A stretch of 64,000 bases of DNA from Tubiluchus corallicola (GCA_030141605.1 JAQGDQ010000669.1:51726-115725); one strand, 5' to 3'; positions 1-15,837 are shown, counted from the stretch's first letter. A program made the numbers and translations. Notes: generated from the letters alone by a model not told the origin.

Positions 1-1217
1 TACAAGGAAACAATAAGATTCATTTAGAATTTTAACAAGGAAAGGCAACTCGCCAGTCGCGTGACAGTTGTTACGATGCTATTACTCCAGTTATAAACCA
101 TGATGTTAATATCTTTTCATCTCAATTGATTAATTCCTTTGATTATTCTTAATAACCCATCTTCTTATATAATTTGAATTTGGCTTATTCATCGCGGTAG
201 GACTGAAAGATCTGTAATTTGGATATCTTGATTATAGAAAAGCTACAAAAGCAACAAAAGCCATTGCCAACAACATCGTTTTTGGATAATCGAATAACCA
301 ATCATATCGGCGCCATCTAGTGTAGGGGTTAACAAAAAAGTAAGGCCTAAATAAAAATAATAAGGAATTCAGTACACGTTATCAAAAACATATAAGTGAT
401 TAGAAAAAGACAAAAAATCACTTTTGTCTTTCTTGGCAAAGCCCTGTTAAAGGTATTGCATTACCTGTTATTTTATTTTTGTTTAAGTAATGTTTCATTT
501 TTGGTACTAGAAGATGGCAAAATTTTCAGGTCTAGTTTCCTAATCATTTAATAAGAAATGCATCTGTTAGCTTGGCACTTTTTGCGATCGTACAATGAAA
601 ATAATCTAAAGTTACGCAAAGGACTTCAAAGTTTTGTCTAAACCGACGCATCTATAAGCCACCTTATTGAGTTCACAATAAATCTGTAATGGAAAAGTTC
701 GACTGTACATTCTTTCTGATTCTGCAAGCGGGCACGCGCCCTCTGAATTGAATGACCTCCGTGGAGGATTTAAACCCAAATGCGACACAGGACAACAATG
801 ACCACGTCAAATAGGATATTCTGACTTACAGTTCAGGGACCATTAAAAGCCAGGCCTCTAAATGATCATAGGTATAGTAACAACTCTGCGTTAATTAAGA
901 TAGAATAATACAACATTGGTGGCTGGTCTGTGTGTCCAAAGGAATAAACCTTTAAGGACAGCTAATCAGGCGTACGCCATCTGCCAATGTTACCCAGTTT
1001 ATATTGTCCTGAACCGCAATTCTCACACCTATAACAACGGCTCTTAATTCCTTGCCTTTGGTGTTGAAATGTGGGGGACCGTCAAGGGATATTTGAAGTG
1101 AAAGAGGTACTTGTAGTAAAATGAATATTGTGTTCGGCAGACTATATTACATTATTTTCATTATTAAATTCACATTTCATACGAAATTTTGCACCAATAA
1201 ACAGTTAGTAATTTTCC

Positions 1218-1460
1218 TTTTACCTTAATTTTATCTCTTTCTTTTTCTTTTTTTCTTTCCTTTCTTGTTTTACCTTAATTTTATCTCTTTCTTTTTCTTT
1301 CCTTTTCTTGTTTTTACCTTAATTTTATCTCTTTCTTTTTCTTTCCTTTTCTTGTTTTTACCTTAATTTTATCTCTTTCTTTTTCTTTTTTCTTTCCTTT
1401 CTTGTTTTTACCTTAATTTTATCTCTTTCTTTTTTCTTTCCTTTCTTGTTTTACTTTATT
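1218..1460. repeat. Pyrimidine-rich ~45-50-bp tandem repeat
   Basis: TTTTACCTTAATTTTATCTCTTTCTTTTT anchor occurs 5 times. Confidence 0.85.
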
Positions 1461-1674
1461 TTTTGTTGTTTTCTCTCTTTCTTTCTTGTGTTTTCTTTTC
1501 TTTTGACTTTTTCCTGCTTTGCTTCATTCTTTTCTTTCCTTTCTTTGTTTTCTCTTTTCATAGTCATAATGTGATGCTACTTCCGTTACTGCTGCCGTTG
1601 GTGCTGCCATTGCAGTTGCTGTTGTTCCTCTTATGATTGCTCCTTCTGCTACTTGCGCTCTTGCTGCTGGTGGT

Positions 1675-1792
1675 GGTGACGATGATGATGATGATGGCGA
1701 TGATGATGATGATCATGATGGCGAAGATGATGATGATGATGAAGATGGCGATGATGATGATGATGTTGATGATGATGATGACGATGATGACG
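1675..1792. repeat. (GAT)n microsatellite
   Basis: Directly visible. Confidence 0.9.
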
Positions 1793-1832
1793 AAGTGAAT
1801 AGTGGTACATAACTCTTACTTATTTATTCCAG

Positions 1833-2089
1833 GAACTTGGGTTTTCAAGGTCTGGATATTCTAAATAACCCCCAGACGTACATAGTGGGAGCCAGACCAC
1901 CATGCAACGAGTTACCCGGCTTGTCCCCCGGCCAGACAAAACTGTGCATTCTCTACCTGGACCACATGGCCAGCGTGGGGAGGGGTGCCCGTCTCGGAAT
2001 ACAGGAGTGTCAGTATCAGTTTCGATCAAGGAGGTGGAACTGCAGTACGGTTGAGGACGCTTCTGTTTTTGGACCGGTCTTGGACATAC
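1833..2089 (+). CDS. Wnt5: Wnt5 internal coding exon (first in window; phase 2 to phase 1)
   Basis: Acceptor ttattccAG (1831-1832), donor GTATGT at 2090. Encodes [73 protein letters not shown], closely matching the WNT5A/B N-terminal region. Confidence 0.95.
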
Positions 2090-2569
2090 GTATGTATACA
2101 TAGACATAGAACATTTATTTTTTCCAATTAGTTTAACATCAAAAGTTTTTTAAATATTACGTAATTATAATCATGGAGCAGGGTAGGGAAGTACCATAGG
2201 GTCATCTAGTCTCCTGCCCTTTCTTATAAATTGATTACTCATATTAAAAATTAATGGTAATGCTGCAGATAACAAAAACAAAAACAAATAAGAAAAAAAA
2301 CACAAATAAAAACAGTATAAATGATACAAATTATCCAAAAAAGAACTGAAAACAAAAAAAAATATTAATAAAGTTGGATACCAAAATCTAAACAAAACAA
2401 TACAATTAGGATTATCATATGTAGTAGTTTCAAATAGGGTCTTATTAACAGTGGAATTTGACCAGGGTTAGTGAGTAAAGTTAAAAAGTTTAAGCCTTAG
2501 GAATCCACATTTTCATTCTCAGAAATTTTTCGTAATGAACCTAAATACATATTTTTGTAATAAGAATTA

Positions 2570-2723
2570 AGGTACGACTCAGTGTGCGCGCAATGCGTGA
2601 TGCGGTATCCGTAATGCGTGATGCGTGATACATATTCACTCGAACGTGATGACTATCGTCTGAATACGCATCACGCAATACGGAACACGCATTACGCGCG
2701 TAGTCATAACTGGAGTCGTAACT
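2570..2723. mobile_element. Small palindromic MITE, PIF/Harbinger-like
   Basis: TTA flanks; termini AGGTACGACTC / GAGTCGTAACT; internal inverted ATGCGTG / CACGCA repeats. Confidence 0.55.
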
Positions 2724-3014
2724 TTAGTGTACAACACATCTGACATAATTCTCTATATAATTTTGAGTCGGTATTAAAAACATTAACTTAAAAATGAATC
2801 ACACCCTGGCGCAAATTACTCTGAAGACGCTGAATCCTAGTTGACTGATTACAGGAGCGCAAGGCTTTGGGTTCTAATCCCAGTGGAGCTGACATTTTTT
2901 CTGATTTTCTAATTTTGCATTGCTTTCGTACGTTTACGTGATATTTTTGTCCTATATCTTGGTACATTGTGTACTGAGATTCCGCGTTAATAGACCTCTA
3001 GTGGCAATGAGTAT

Positions 3015-3092
3015 GGCTGTGGCTAATGGCTAGCATATATGCTCGGAAAACAGAAGGTCTTGGGTTCGAGTTTAGTGAAGGCGCAATTTTTT
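3015..3092 (+). other. tRNA-like head (SINE remnant or pseudo-tRNA)
   Basis: TGGCTAATGG A box, GGTTCGAGT B box, T-run; no cloverleaf. Similar B-box remnants occur near 2870, 8945, 9105(-), 19780(-), 33148 and 45531. Confidence 0.4.
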
Positions 3093-5504
3093 CAGAAAAT
3101 ACTAATTTAATATTGATTTCGTCTGCGTATGTCATTCCTTTTGTGAAAAGGCGTCGCACGGCAAAATATTGATTTTTAAAAGAAAAAACACCAAATCATT
3201 ATTACTCATAAGGTTTGCACAGCTATCCAAAAAAGAAACAGAATTCTAAATTACCTAAACATGGGAATTCGTTGCCATTTTTAATTAATTGCAATTTTGA
3301 CATGTGGGTGGGCCATAAAGCAGAAACATTTACATATTTCAACTTGACAACTGCACCATCGTTAGCAGCCACGCCTCAGCAATATTAGCACTTCGAACAA
3401 TTTTCCTAGAAAGGTGTGATATACAAAACAGCTCAAAATACCGTGCTGACATTAAAATGAAATGTTACAGTACCTTATGTGGTGAAACACGTAGGTGTGA
3501 ATGCAGAGAAATGGCAGCTCAATTCTTGATGAACCTAGCATACCTTATATCGAGAAACTAACGTTGATTCACAGAAGTAAAACTTCAATGACAATTTTAA
3601 AAGAATTGATTTAAAACACCAAATCAAATATCTCTTTGAAATTTGGGGGCTAGCCTCCTGCGCACTCATTCTCTTGGGTACTTTTGCCCTCATTTTTATA
3701 AGAGGGACTAGGTCCACCTCCAAACGAGAGTCATAAACTAGCCAGTAAAGAAAGCCCGTGTCAATAGAAAGATAAATTTTACGAGTATAGCCCAAAAGCG
3801 GCCACATATTCCAACCTCTCTTAATGTCAGTAAAACAGCCTCAAAATTTATGCGCATTACTGAAACTACGGTACAGCACAACGTTTATTAGTGCTAACAG
3901 AAGCGGTCCAACTGGCAAAATTTAGGAAAATTTATGTGATAATGAGCCTAAACCGCCTTTCATCTTGCCGAAACACTCAGAAATTATTACTATTGCCCAG
4001 TTATGGTAGGGCAGACTTAGTGGTGACGTCACTACTGTCACAGGTACTTGAACAGGTGACGGAAGTTTAGATGTATCTGAAATGTAACAATTTCCATTTC
4101 TTCACTCAGTCATTCAGTCATTCCATGGAGCAAATACATCACTACTTTTGCAGTCAATTGTAAACCCTTTTCTCACCCCATAACGCATGCGGTATAGCAG
4201 GTTGCTATAGTTTCACACGTGTGCATTATGGCTGAGACTTTACTTGCATTTGTTCTGAATCGTTTTGCTATTTTTTTGGGCTAGTAATAAATTTTTGTGT
4301 CAAATTGTATTAACTGACGTATTTTTTATTAAATAATATTAAATTTAAACATAATTTTTTGTATATGACGCTGAATGTTGTACAGTAGCACTATACTTCA
4401 ATTTTCGCTTTCTCAGAAAACGAGAAATACGCTCAAGGAATGCTTATGTCATTAAAAAAATATTTTCAGTTTTGACATCCTTTCTTGTTGCGCTCGCTGA
4501 TCGTTAATTGACTTTTTCACTCATTATTTAATTATGAGAAACACTTTGGCATTTTTTTTAATTGTAAGAAGTATACATACTTACCATACTTCAAAATAGT
4601 GCGGGATACGAACACCCATGCGGTTTTCCCTTAAGTCTTACACTAGATGAAGGTTTAAACTAAAAACTGCAAATCAAACGAAGTTAAATTTCTTTAGCAA
4701 TTACTGTATTTCAATGTTCAAAGATTTACAAAACTTAACGACTGTTACAGTACAGTAGGCTAAATACTGTATGGCATCCTGACTTTACATTCACTGAGAT
4801 CAATAGGTAAATATGTTAGGTGAGATTTTTTTAGTAAAATGAACAATGTGCTGGAAAAATAAATTCCGTCTTCTCTAAGTAATTTGATAATATTAAATTA
4901 TTTTACATTAATTTGTATTAATCAAATTGTATTAAAAGGTATTTGCAAATTTTATTATTAAATTAGAAAAATAAGCCACTATGTCTAGAGAATACGCTAT
5001 CATACTGACACCATTACAATAACTTTGAATCGATGTAGATGACAAATTAATATATTTTTCAGGCAACGAATAGGTACCGATTATAAATTTAGGTCTTCAA
5101 TCTCAATATTCCAACAATTATATAACTAATTACACAGTTGGATGAAAAAATAAAATGTATTAAATTCTAGCTAAGCTAACCGTATTTCTTGCTTAACTTT
5201 GGAAATTTAATTGTACGGTTACTAAAGTTATAATAATAATGACTTATGATTATTATTATTAGTATTTAGACTATACACATGTTTTTAGAAAACAACCGCT
5301 GTTAGTCATATTTTAAAAATGTTTGGCAGAACTGACACATTTAAAAACACTTCCATCATTGAAAGTTTGCCAAGCAGAAACGTAAACAAACTATTTAAAA
5401 ACGATAAACTTTGCAAAATATTTTTTTATAAAAAAATTGTTGTCACCAAACGATTTATGACATGCACAGAAACGTCTTACCTAGCAGCTTTCTGTCTGTC
5501 TCTG

Positions 5505-5553
<49 letters not shown>

Positions 5554-6268
5554 CCCTCTCTTTCTCTCTATCCTCTCTCTTTCTCCCTCTCCCTCTGTCT
5601 CTCATTTAGATAGTTTAACAACTGTCAGTACAATAGGGAGATTTTTTTATGTTTTTATTGACCTTTATAGATATAAAATACACAGGGCAATGCAAGGCTA
5701 GAATCTGCGCAGCAACCAAGGTGACAATTGCAAAAGAAGAACATCACGTGTAGCTGTGCGCTGTTCTTACATGGTGGTGTTATGTTTTTTCTATATTTCA
5801 CTTCGCTTTTCATGGCGATAAATGTTAGGACGGAGTGTTTGTCTTTCTTTGTTTCACCTGTTTACTTTTGTCAAGGCGGAATTCGGGCGAAAATGGCGCA
5901 CTGACAAAACCGCATAAAACATCTAACCAAAGAACAATTGCACGTATAAGTTATCTTAAATTTCTAAAATATCTCGGTCAAGTTTTGCAAAAATAAATCA
6001 CTTTCTTGAATCAGCGATGCATTCCACAAAACACCCAACTTTTGAGCCGCCAGGAGGTTCTTGTTGTTTCTGTCATCAGTGGCCATTACTGACTGCTCTC
6101 TTGTTTTGGCAGCCGATAGAGTTTATTTTTCCAGCGCATTGTTCATTTTGATAAAAAAATCTCAACCCTTTGCTGACATTCTACCTTACTTATTGATCTC
6201 AGTGAATCTAAAGTCAGGATGCCCTACAGTAGAGTAAGTCTACTGTACTGTACTGCAACAGTCGTTAA

Positions 6269-6645
6269 AACACAAGAAAACCCTTCGTAAACATAAAGCT
6301 TGAAAAATTCGTTTTGAAATTTTATATCACTTACATACTGCCTTTTTACATACAGGACTTCAATCGGCAGTCACGCTGTATAAAAAATGTAAATTTAAAC
6401 TCCCGCGATGACCGTTAGAAGCAGCCATTTTCACGACAGGTCATTTGAAACAAGTTTAGACAACATTTTGTAAAGTTTGAAAAAATAATCAGAGCATTCG
6501 TAGCGGACAAGTCACTAACTAAATAAAATTTAAAATTACTGTATTTTGTCAATAAGAGTAAAAATACGTTTTTGGTTTGTGAGTGGTGCACGCTGGAGGG
6601 TGAGTCAGCGACATTTTACCAATTGGTGAAAACACTTTAAATAAA
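6269..6645 (+). mobile_element. Family A non-autonomous DNA transposon (Kolobok-like), 3'-truncated
   Basis: Starts TTAA-AACACAAGAAAA; homologous to the other family A copies. Confidence 0.75.
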
Positions 6646-7140
6646 ATCCTCCTCGCGGTTTCTTTTCTTTTTGAAGTGCTTCTTTGAAAGCTAACTTTAA
6701 TAGACTGTGATCTGGTTGTCGTATAACATGTCCTATCCATCTTAAATTTCTCCTTTTGATTTTAGTTGTCCATTCCTCTGCCTTGACTTTATTATACAGA
6801 TCTTGGTTTGATATTTTGTTTGCCCATTTTATTCCTAAAATATTCCTGTAGTTTCTTCTTTGAAATGCATAAATTTCTGATTTGTTTTGTCTTTGATTAT
6901 CTACAATTCTGAGTTATGGGGTGGTTACTAGGTGACCAAATGGTCTTTCGCCACCCACCTCTTTTTGTTTGTTTTCTATGACGAACTAACCATTCAAGCA
7001 AACCTTCAATTGAATTGTATGAGGCAATAAATAAGTTTGAATTTAAAAATTGAATTGAATTGAACTAACTGAATTTAGCAAGTTCATCGTTCTCAGACAC
7101 CAATCCACCACAACGTACCACGTTTTGTTCTCTCTTACAG

Positions 7141-7433
7141 CCAGCCGTGAAGCAGCTTTCACACACAGCATCTCTGCCGCGGGGGTGGTCCACTCTGTCA
7201 GCCGCTCTTGTCGGGATGGCGAGCTCTCAAACTGTGGATGCAGCCGAGCCAGGCGGCCCAGAAAACTCAACCGGGACTGGATCTGGGGAGGATGTGGAGA
7301 CGATCTGGAGTACGGATACCGGTTCACCGAGGGCTTCGTCGACGTGAAAGAGAGGGAGAAGAACCATAAAAGGGGGTCCTTAGCTCAAGGAAAAGCACTG
7401 ATGAATCTTCATAACAATGAGGCTGGAAGGCGG
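7141..7433 (+). CDS. Wnt5: Wnt5 penultimate coding exon (phase 1 to phase 0)
   Basis: Acceptor tctcttacAG (7139-7140), donor GTATGT at 7434. Encodes [50 protein letters not shown] and joins the previous exon in frame. Confidence 0.96.
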
Positions 7434-8627
7434 GTATGTACTTCACTTTTTCATTTCTTGATTTAATATTAACGTAGCTGCTCGGGATGCAAAAGATATG
7501 GGTTCCAACCTCATGATGATTGCTTTTCAATTTTCGTTTTTTTGCTTATGTTCATTAACTTGTCGAATACTAAAATCGCGAGTACGTCACGAATATGCAG
7601 CTCTTGTTTGCTATATTTTGTACCCGGGAAAAATACGAGTCATCGCAATCATCCGACATGAGTTGACCCTATTTCACATTTTCTCTCGTGTGTCATGATG
7701 GCAAGGAACTACAGGGCCTACAAAGACAGTCTGCAAAGTTCTGATAAACATGGCACACGTGGGTTTTGGATAACAAAATCTGACATCTAAAGTTACTAGT
7801 GTGTCAGCGATTGAAGCATACCTACGTTTTTATTGCTTGATTTTCTGGACCTGCAACAACACAAGGTCTTATGAACTGAAAATATGATTGGTTCTTAGCC
7901 TCACGTATAAACAGGAAATTGCCGTATAAATTATTACGGTCAACAGAGTCACTCTTCAGATCCCGGACACTGGTCAGCAGTGTGTGGTCACTTTTAATGC
8001 GCGAGGAAATTCTATTAACGTTCCAACACCAACGACTGCATTCAGTCCGTAATTACACCATTTAAGTATGTGTATGTCCAGAAGCTCCATCCAAATGACC
8101 AATGGTCAATTATTGCGAACATGTGCTCATGCTGGAAAAGACCAATAGTTCACAAGGCGGGGTGGGAAGGTGGTTTTGATATTACGCGACTTTCTTTGCG
8201 ATTTGTTGACTTAAATTCCAAAATTCTAGGACAGAAATTTTTTACTAATATTTGTGGCCCGTACAGTTTTGGCAAGGAAACATTGGTGTATATATTCTGT
8301 ATATATATATATATATAGTCACCTTCCATTTTGCAGAGACCTTTATGCACATGAACTTTCAGTCTGGCTTTAGCCTAAAGGACTGTAATTAAATTATAGT
8401 ATTCTTAGCTGCGACATTGAGTACAAAATGGAACTGTTGTCAGTTGGTCTGTCATCAAATCCCTTGGATTAGCATACGCACCACGTGCGTAAATGAGATT
8501 AAGATTATCTATATTTAGAGGCTAAGATTATCGGTTTATTGAAATAATTAAAGATCAGTAATTTCACTAAAATTTTATCTGATTTGTTCACTCATATCGA
8601 CGATCATTATATTTATTATAAGACCAA

Positions 8628-8866
8628 CAGTGGCGGCTCGTAACTAAAATTAGTAGGGGTGCTGCTTCAGAAAAAATTTAGCTATCGTTTTAATACTGTA
8701 TAAAAAAGCTAGTATAAGTAATTTTAATGTTGCAATTTGTAATTGTCGTTTTTAGACAAACAACCATTTGAAAGTTTATACATAAGCTTGATATAATCCT
8801 AAACAAAAAATATTTGAAAATAGGTGCTACTGCAGTTCCACAGTACCTACACACGAGCCGCCATTG
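8628..8866. mobile_element. hAT-like MITE (different family)
   Basis: TIR CAGTGGCGGCTCGT / ACGAGCCGCCATTG; 8-bp flanks AAGACCAA / AAAACCAA (7 of 8 match). Confidence 0.75.
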
Positions 8867-10324
8867 AAAACCAATCCTCCAACTCTATAACAACTTATTG
8901 GCAAGATTACGGCGAGCTTGCGCTTTTTAAATCAAAGGTTGCTGGTTCAAATCCAGGTTTAAATCTTCACATTTCATTTCTTTCGGACAAGCTTGATTTC
9001 ATTAACTCATAAACTATTGCTGGTTATTTTACAGCAATTATCACCCAATGCGGATAAAGAGTTAAAGAAAGAAAGGAGGCGCTGTAAATTTGTAAACAAA
9101 CCGGGACTTGAACTCGAGACCTGGAATTAGACCTCCCATGCTCTGTCTAGGTCTTATCAGCATTCTGTCATGTACAGCTTATAGGCAATCCCACCACCCA
9201 TGTTAGTTTCAACATAATTTATTATATAATTGGATCTGACAGTTTAAAAAACACGATTTAGGATCCTCACCACAACAGACTTTATACACTATTTAAAAAA
9301 CATTTACAGTAAGAAATGACTATGTCTACACAAGCTGACAAATTTTACCGCAGAATTACATTAGATTTTAATACCAAATGAAAGTTAAAAATATTAAGGT
9401 ACCAATATTTAAGACTGGCACATCTCATATCAGATAGAAACTACTGGAAGCGTTTAGTAAGAAATATAAAGTCATGTACGCAATGGAATATTTTACAGTT
9501 AATAACATTATTATTATCATCTTTTCCAAATAATAGCAACTATCATTAGTTCCTAAGACAGCTATATTGGCTTTCAGGCAGTAGTATTTCATTTAATTTA
9601 TCAAACATAACTACCCTAGCTTGTTGATACAATGGGCAGTGCAACAAAAAGTGTTCAACATACTCAAATCAAAATCCACAATTACAATTCGGCGATGACC
9701 GTTGTTATCTTTACAGCCTTTAGAAAAAATGTCATAGCTTAGATGAGGTTATCACTATCACTATAGTTATCCAAGTTATCACTCTGGCCGCTGATTATTA
9801 AGTTTTAATAAATTCATTTTTATATAAGTCCTTATCTATCTCTCTCGACTCGTTTCTGACTCGAGAATTGCTGTCGAATTTGAATCAGAAATGCCGCTGG
9901 CGATGCTTGTCTCTTAAGTTGTAATAACTACAAAATGTGACAACAAATGAGAACCCTCTATGCTGGTTCCTCTTCTTCTTGTAGTGTACCTTTGGGACGG
10001 CTGTCTAGAGAATTCATTAACAGTCATTCCATTGCAGTGATTGCAGTACTTAAGTTGACAGTGACCATAAGTCATCGTCACACTGCATTGTCGCCATCTA
10101 TGAATTATTGGCGAGGGTAATAAAGGAGGTACTGCCAAATGAGGACGTAATGTGTAAGCAATAAATATTGTTGCCAGTTTGGAAGATTAAATGATTTCGA
10201 CGTGCTGCGAATGGAGAATGTTGCAGAACACATATTATTGATAATATGTTGTTTGCCCAGTGCAAGTTACCATTAGGATTGTCTACAAAACTGTTTCTTT
10301 CTTTTCTCCACCATTAGCACTATC

Positions 10325-10361
<37 letters not shown>

Positions 10362-10362
10362 T

Positions 10363-10399
<37 letters not shown>

Positions 10400-10455
10400 G
10401 CATCAGCATCATCAGCATCAGCATCATCATCATCAGCATCATCATCATCATCATC

Positions 10456-10554
<99 letters not shown>

Positions 10555-10680
10555 AACAACAATAATAACAACAACAACAAAACCAACAATAACAACAACA
10601 ACAAAACAACAACAACAACAACAATAATAACAACAACAACAAAAACAACAATAACAACAACAACAACAACAACAACAACA
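10325..10680. repeat. Compound (CAT)n(CAA)n microsatellite
   Basis: Directly visible. Confidence 0.95.
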
Positions 10681-11879
10681 ATATCAGCTTCATTTTGTTT
10701 GTGCTTTTGCGTACTCACTATCACAAAAACTGCATCCATCTAAAGTTCTCAATGTTGTAAATGTTCATGCTTGAAGCTACACCTTGCTACACCTTGCTAC
10801 ACCTTGCTACACCTTGCTAGTGTCTACTGGAATGGTTGATACAATCTTGAATATGCATGGCGTCAGTGCTAACCAACAAAAGAAGATTTTTAGAAATGAG
10901 AACGTAATATTTATTACATCTTCCAAGGAGAAGAGAAGGCACTTTTAAACTATATTTCCAAAAAAACTTCCACACAAAGTCATATTACTCAGAATTACGC
11001 CTACCTGTTTGGACGACTTGTTTAACTAGAAAATGAGTTCTAAATAAATCTAATTGAAAATACTCGCACCACCTGGTAAAACGTCACTGGCACACTTTCC
11101 CAGTGTGAATCACTGGCTCACCAAAAACATACTATTAATCTTATTGATAACATGAAATAATTTATGCTTTTGCTTAGCCAGTGAAAACCGTGCAACTGAT
11201 TACTTTTTTTGTTCAGTAAGTGAATGTCACGCATTGCCGTCATTGATTTGGCTCGAGACGGAAGGCAAAACAAACTGTCTTTTCAAGAATGACATGATTT
11301 TTTTTACTTACATTTTATTTTTCTGCTTATACGTGGAGTCGGAACTCCAATGTATTGCATTTGAGCAGTAGAGACACTACGGAGACGTGGGGGATGAATG
11401 TCAAAGGAACCTTGCTTGCACGCAAAAACGTGGAGTAGCTAATTGCTGTTTATTGTTTTTGACTCGTTTCTTTAGCATTCCATGTTCTACACACCTCAGG
11501 CATTTTCAGCTCTTTAGAAAATGTTTATTTTTCGGCGCGTTTTGATGATTTCCTGTTTTGCGATCTGCAGGTTTTAGCAATTTTACGAAAATCAGATGCT
11601 TGATCTGCATGTGATGTCTCCCAAGGCTTGGCATTGTACGAATTTGCATGTACGCACATGGCTTCATGGCCTACGTCACATCTTCAAAATTTATGATTTG
11701 GCAAACCAGTGCAGAGTAGTCCACACTTTCTTTAGGTAATTGAAATAATTAACGGAGTCTGCGCAAATGGTAAAGATAGAGAAAGGAAGCACGTGGAGAG
11801 AGAGGTAGGAGAAAGCGAGAGAACAAGAGAGAGGCAGGAGCAGGAGAGGACAAGAAGGAGAAGAGGGACAGAGAAGAGG

Positions 11880-12222
<343 letters not shown>

Positions 12223-12640
12223 AGTGACAAGCACAAGGCTGGAAGATTGGCTTCGTAATCCAGCACTCAGTGCCAAGACAAGAAGTGTAGATCGAAATCT
12301 CAAAGTTCTCCAAATGAGACAATAAACCAGAACAACTGTCATACCGACACGAAAGTCAAGAAGGGACTGTTTAGCAGTTTTCGAATGTGGTCACCCATTC
12401 AGGATTTGCCAGTGTGGTCACCATTAAGCACTGCTTAATTTCAGTTGCTAAGCGTACATTGTAACTGCTCAGGTATTCCATTCGCCCACAAAATTCAAGA
12501 CAATTTACCAATAAATGCAATTCACAGACCACCATCGGGTCCTTAGGTTAACCTGTGAAATGGCGAATACCATCATTTGTTCACGAAACACCATGATCAA
12601 CCAACAAAAGTAATCTGATTGCCCGACGCATTTACCCACA

Positions 12641-13278
12641 ATCACAATTGTAATAATAAAAATCTACTATATGCCTATCACAATCGCTTTTGTGTTTAAC
12701 CTAACAGTGACCATGACAACCAACTTTTTTATCACAATTGTAATAATAAAAATCTACTATATGCCTATCACAATCGCTTTTGTGTTTAACCTAACAGTAA
12801 CCATGACAACCAACGTTTTTATCACAATTGTAATAATAAAAATCTACTATATGCCTATCACAATCGCTTTTGTGTTTAACCTAACAGTAACCATGACAAC
12901 CAACGTTTTTATCACAATTGTAATAATAAAAATCTACTATATGCCTATCACAATCGCTTTTGTGTTTAACCTAACAGTAACCATGACAACCAAAGTTTTT
13001 ATCACAATTGTAATAATAAAAATCTACTATATGCCTATCACAATCGCTTTTGTGTGTAACCTAACAGTAACCATGACAACCAACGTTTTTCTCACAATTA
13101 TAATAATAAAAATCTACTATAGGCCTATCACAATCGCTTTTGCGTTTAACCTAACAGTAACCATGACAATCAAAGTTTTTATCACAATTGTAATAATAAA
13201 AATCTACTATAGGCCTATCACAATCGCTTTTGCGTTTAACCTAACAGTAACCATGACAACCAACGTTTTTATCACAAT
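12641..13278. repeat. 90-bp minisatellite, 7 copies plus a partial unit
   Basis: Units start at 12641, 12731, 12821, 12911, 13001, 13091 and 13181 (ATCACAATTGTAATAATAAAAATCTACTAT..). Confidence 0.95.
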
Positions 13279-14039
13279 TACGCTACTGTGATGTGCAGGT
13301 ATGTACAGAGAATCAGGCTGCTCCTGCAGCTTGTCTTCAATTGTACTTTTCGCTTCACTATATTTGGCTTTTGTTTGAAAAAGTGAACAGGCACCAGTTC
13401 AAAATACATTTTATAGCCGCAGCGGCTTTTTTGAAGATTTCGCAGAAAGAAATTATCCAAAGACCAAGCAAAACCTCACGAACAATGGCGACCCCAACAG
13501 CAAGTGGCCTAAACTATGCAAATCGTTTATACAAGACGCCTAAAGTAAAAGTTCACAAGAAAGGTTGATAACTTCTACTCAAATAAACTTAATGTGACGC
13601 AATCACTGATTATACGTTCTATTGTTTTCTCGCGAAAACACGCATACAGAGAGACACCTTTTATTGATGAATCGTAACTCTTGAAGCCGCCCCAGTTATT
13701 ATACTTTTGGCAATATTTATCTCTCATGAAGTGAATATAAAATGTCAATAGAAGTCAAAATGTATTTTAATGGCTAGATTATGATGTGATTTCGAGTACA
13801 TTGTGTGAAAATGGGATAAAGTGGATGAATTAAGTTCCAAGGTGTTATGCTGTATCTAGAGAACTCTTAACAGTAAGATTTTGGCTACAAGCAGTACTTT
13901 TGGCAGCAAATTTTATTCTTAATAACACGAGTAGTGATAATTACTAAAAAGAAAATCCCGCGTTTAACACAACGAAAAGGCACAACATTTCAAACGTGCT
14001 GTGATTTATCGCCAGGAGGAAAAATAAGAGATTAATATC

Positions 14040-14818
14040 GATTCAGTGTTCAACTGAAACTTTTATCGTTAATTATGCTGAACAAAAAGCCAACAAAATA
14101 CTTCATTCATACCTCAAATTAAAAATAACCACGCATAATCAAACCATTTTTATAACACATTTGTAAGACCGGTAATTGAATACGGGATTGTAATTTGGTC
14201 GAACTGTTCACTAACAAATTTTTAAAGATAGAAAGTATCTAATATCGTGCTATGTTAATGTGATATCCGAAAGTGGGAAAGGCACTAGCCAAACAAACCT
14301 TAATCAGTTGCTCGGACTCTCTTCCCAGAACATAACTCAAACTATCCAAAAATATTTTGTCAACAAACCCCAGGTTATTTAGTTGAAATAATGATTTTCG
14401 TCGAAATGTAGAATGTTACCCCACATGTGATCCTTCTCGTTTCAATTCTACAAAAGATCAGTCACGCTTCTCCACAATTTGTTACAGCAATTTATTGAAT
14501 CAACTCTTCGCTATACAACACAGTAGAAATTTGCTATAAGCTGATTAGCTAACCATCTTACTTTGCAACTGTATTTTTGGTTATTACTGTTGTTATTAAA
14601 ATTTTGAGTTTATACTGTTCACGTATGTAAATTTAGTCACCATCTGCTGATTGTAAGTTAGTCAAATGCTTTATTGAATCGAGTGCGAAATTAGTCGTGA
14701 TGACCATTATTCTTTTATTAGCACTTTGCACTCAGCACTTGCACCGTGGACATGCCTGTGCCAGACGTAGTCTGTTTTGTAAATCCACTAAATTAATAAA
14801 GTTTAAACTGAACTAATA
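14040..14818 (+). mobile_element. Decayed CR1/L2-type LINE 3' end
   Basis: Remnant YNTFVRPVIEYG..IWSNC resembles the CR1 ORF2 C-terminus; the 3'UTR and AAACT-type tail are homologous to 18358-18870. Confidence 0.65.
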
Positions 14819-15305
14819 CGTTTTGGAAAACTACGAATTTACCGTCCCTTTCACCCTCACCCCCACTCGCAAGAAAACAAAACTTTTTATCCAATTTTCC
14901 ATATCAAGTTTCTCATTTTACTTCATTAAGTTGTACTAACAATCTCACTTGTTTTATTACTCATCTTTCTCCACCTCCTCATCTTTTTGCATCCTCATCT
15001 TGAGCAAACTGCATCACGCACCACATCTGCTACTGATGCTGGAAAGTGGAAGCTGCAAGTGCTAATAATTACGTATGCACAAGCCTTTAATTACACACCA
15101 CGCTGTCATTAAGGAGGAGAAAAGGGGCCGCCGGTATAGGCTTCTCTTTATAGAGATATAGTAACGATTTGTGCACGGGGTGTAAACGTATAAACATAAA
15201 TAAGGGTATTAGTTGGCTAAGGGTAAATACCAGACGGATTAGTTGTAAAAACATTGGTATGATCGTGGACATAATACTGAAATTCATTGTAGACCACAAG
15301 AAGAG

Positions 15306-15837
<532 letters not shown>

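Noticed and set aside
12671-13291. 206-aa ORF of 30-aa repeats, or a CRISPR-like array
   Set aside because: Pure 90-bp tandem repeat with no unique spacers and no cas genes; the frame is open only because the unit is a stop-free multiple of 3.
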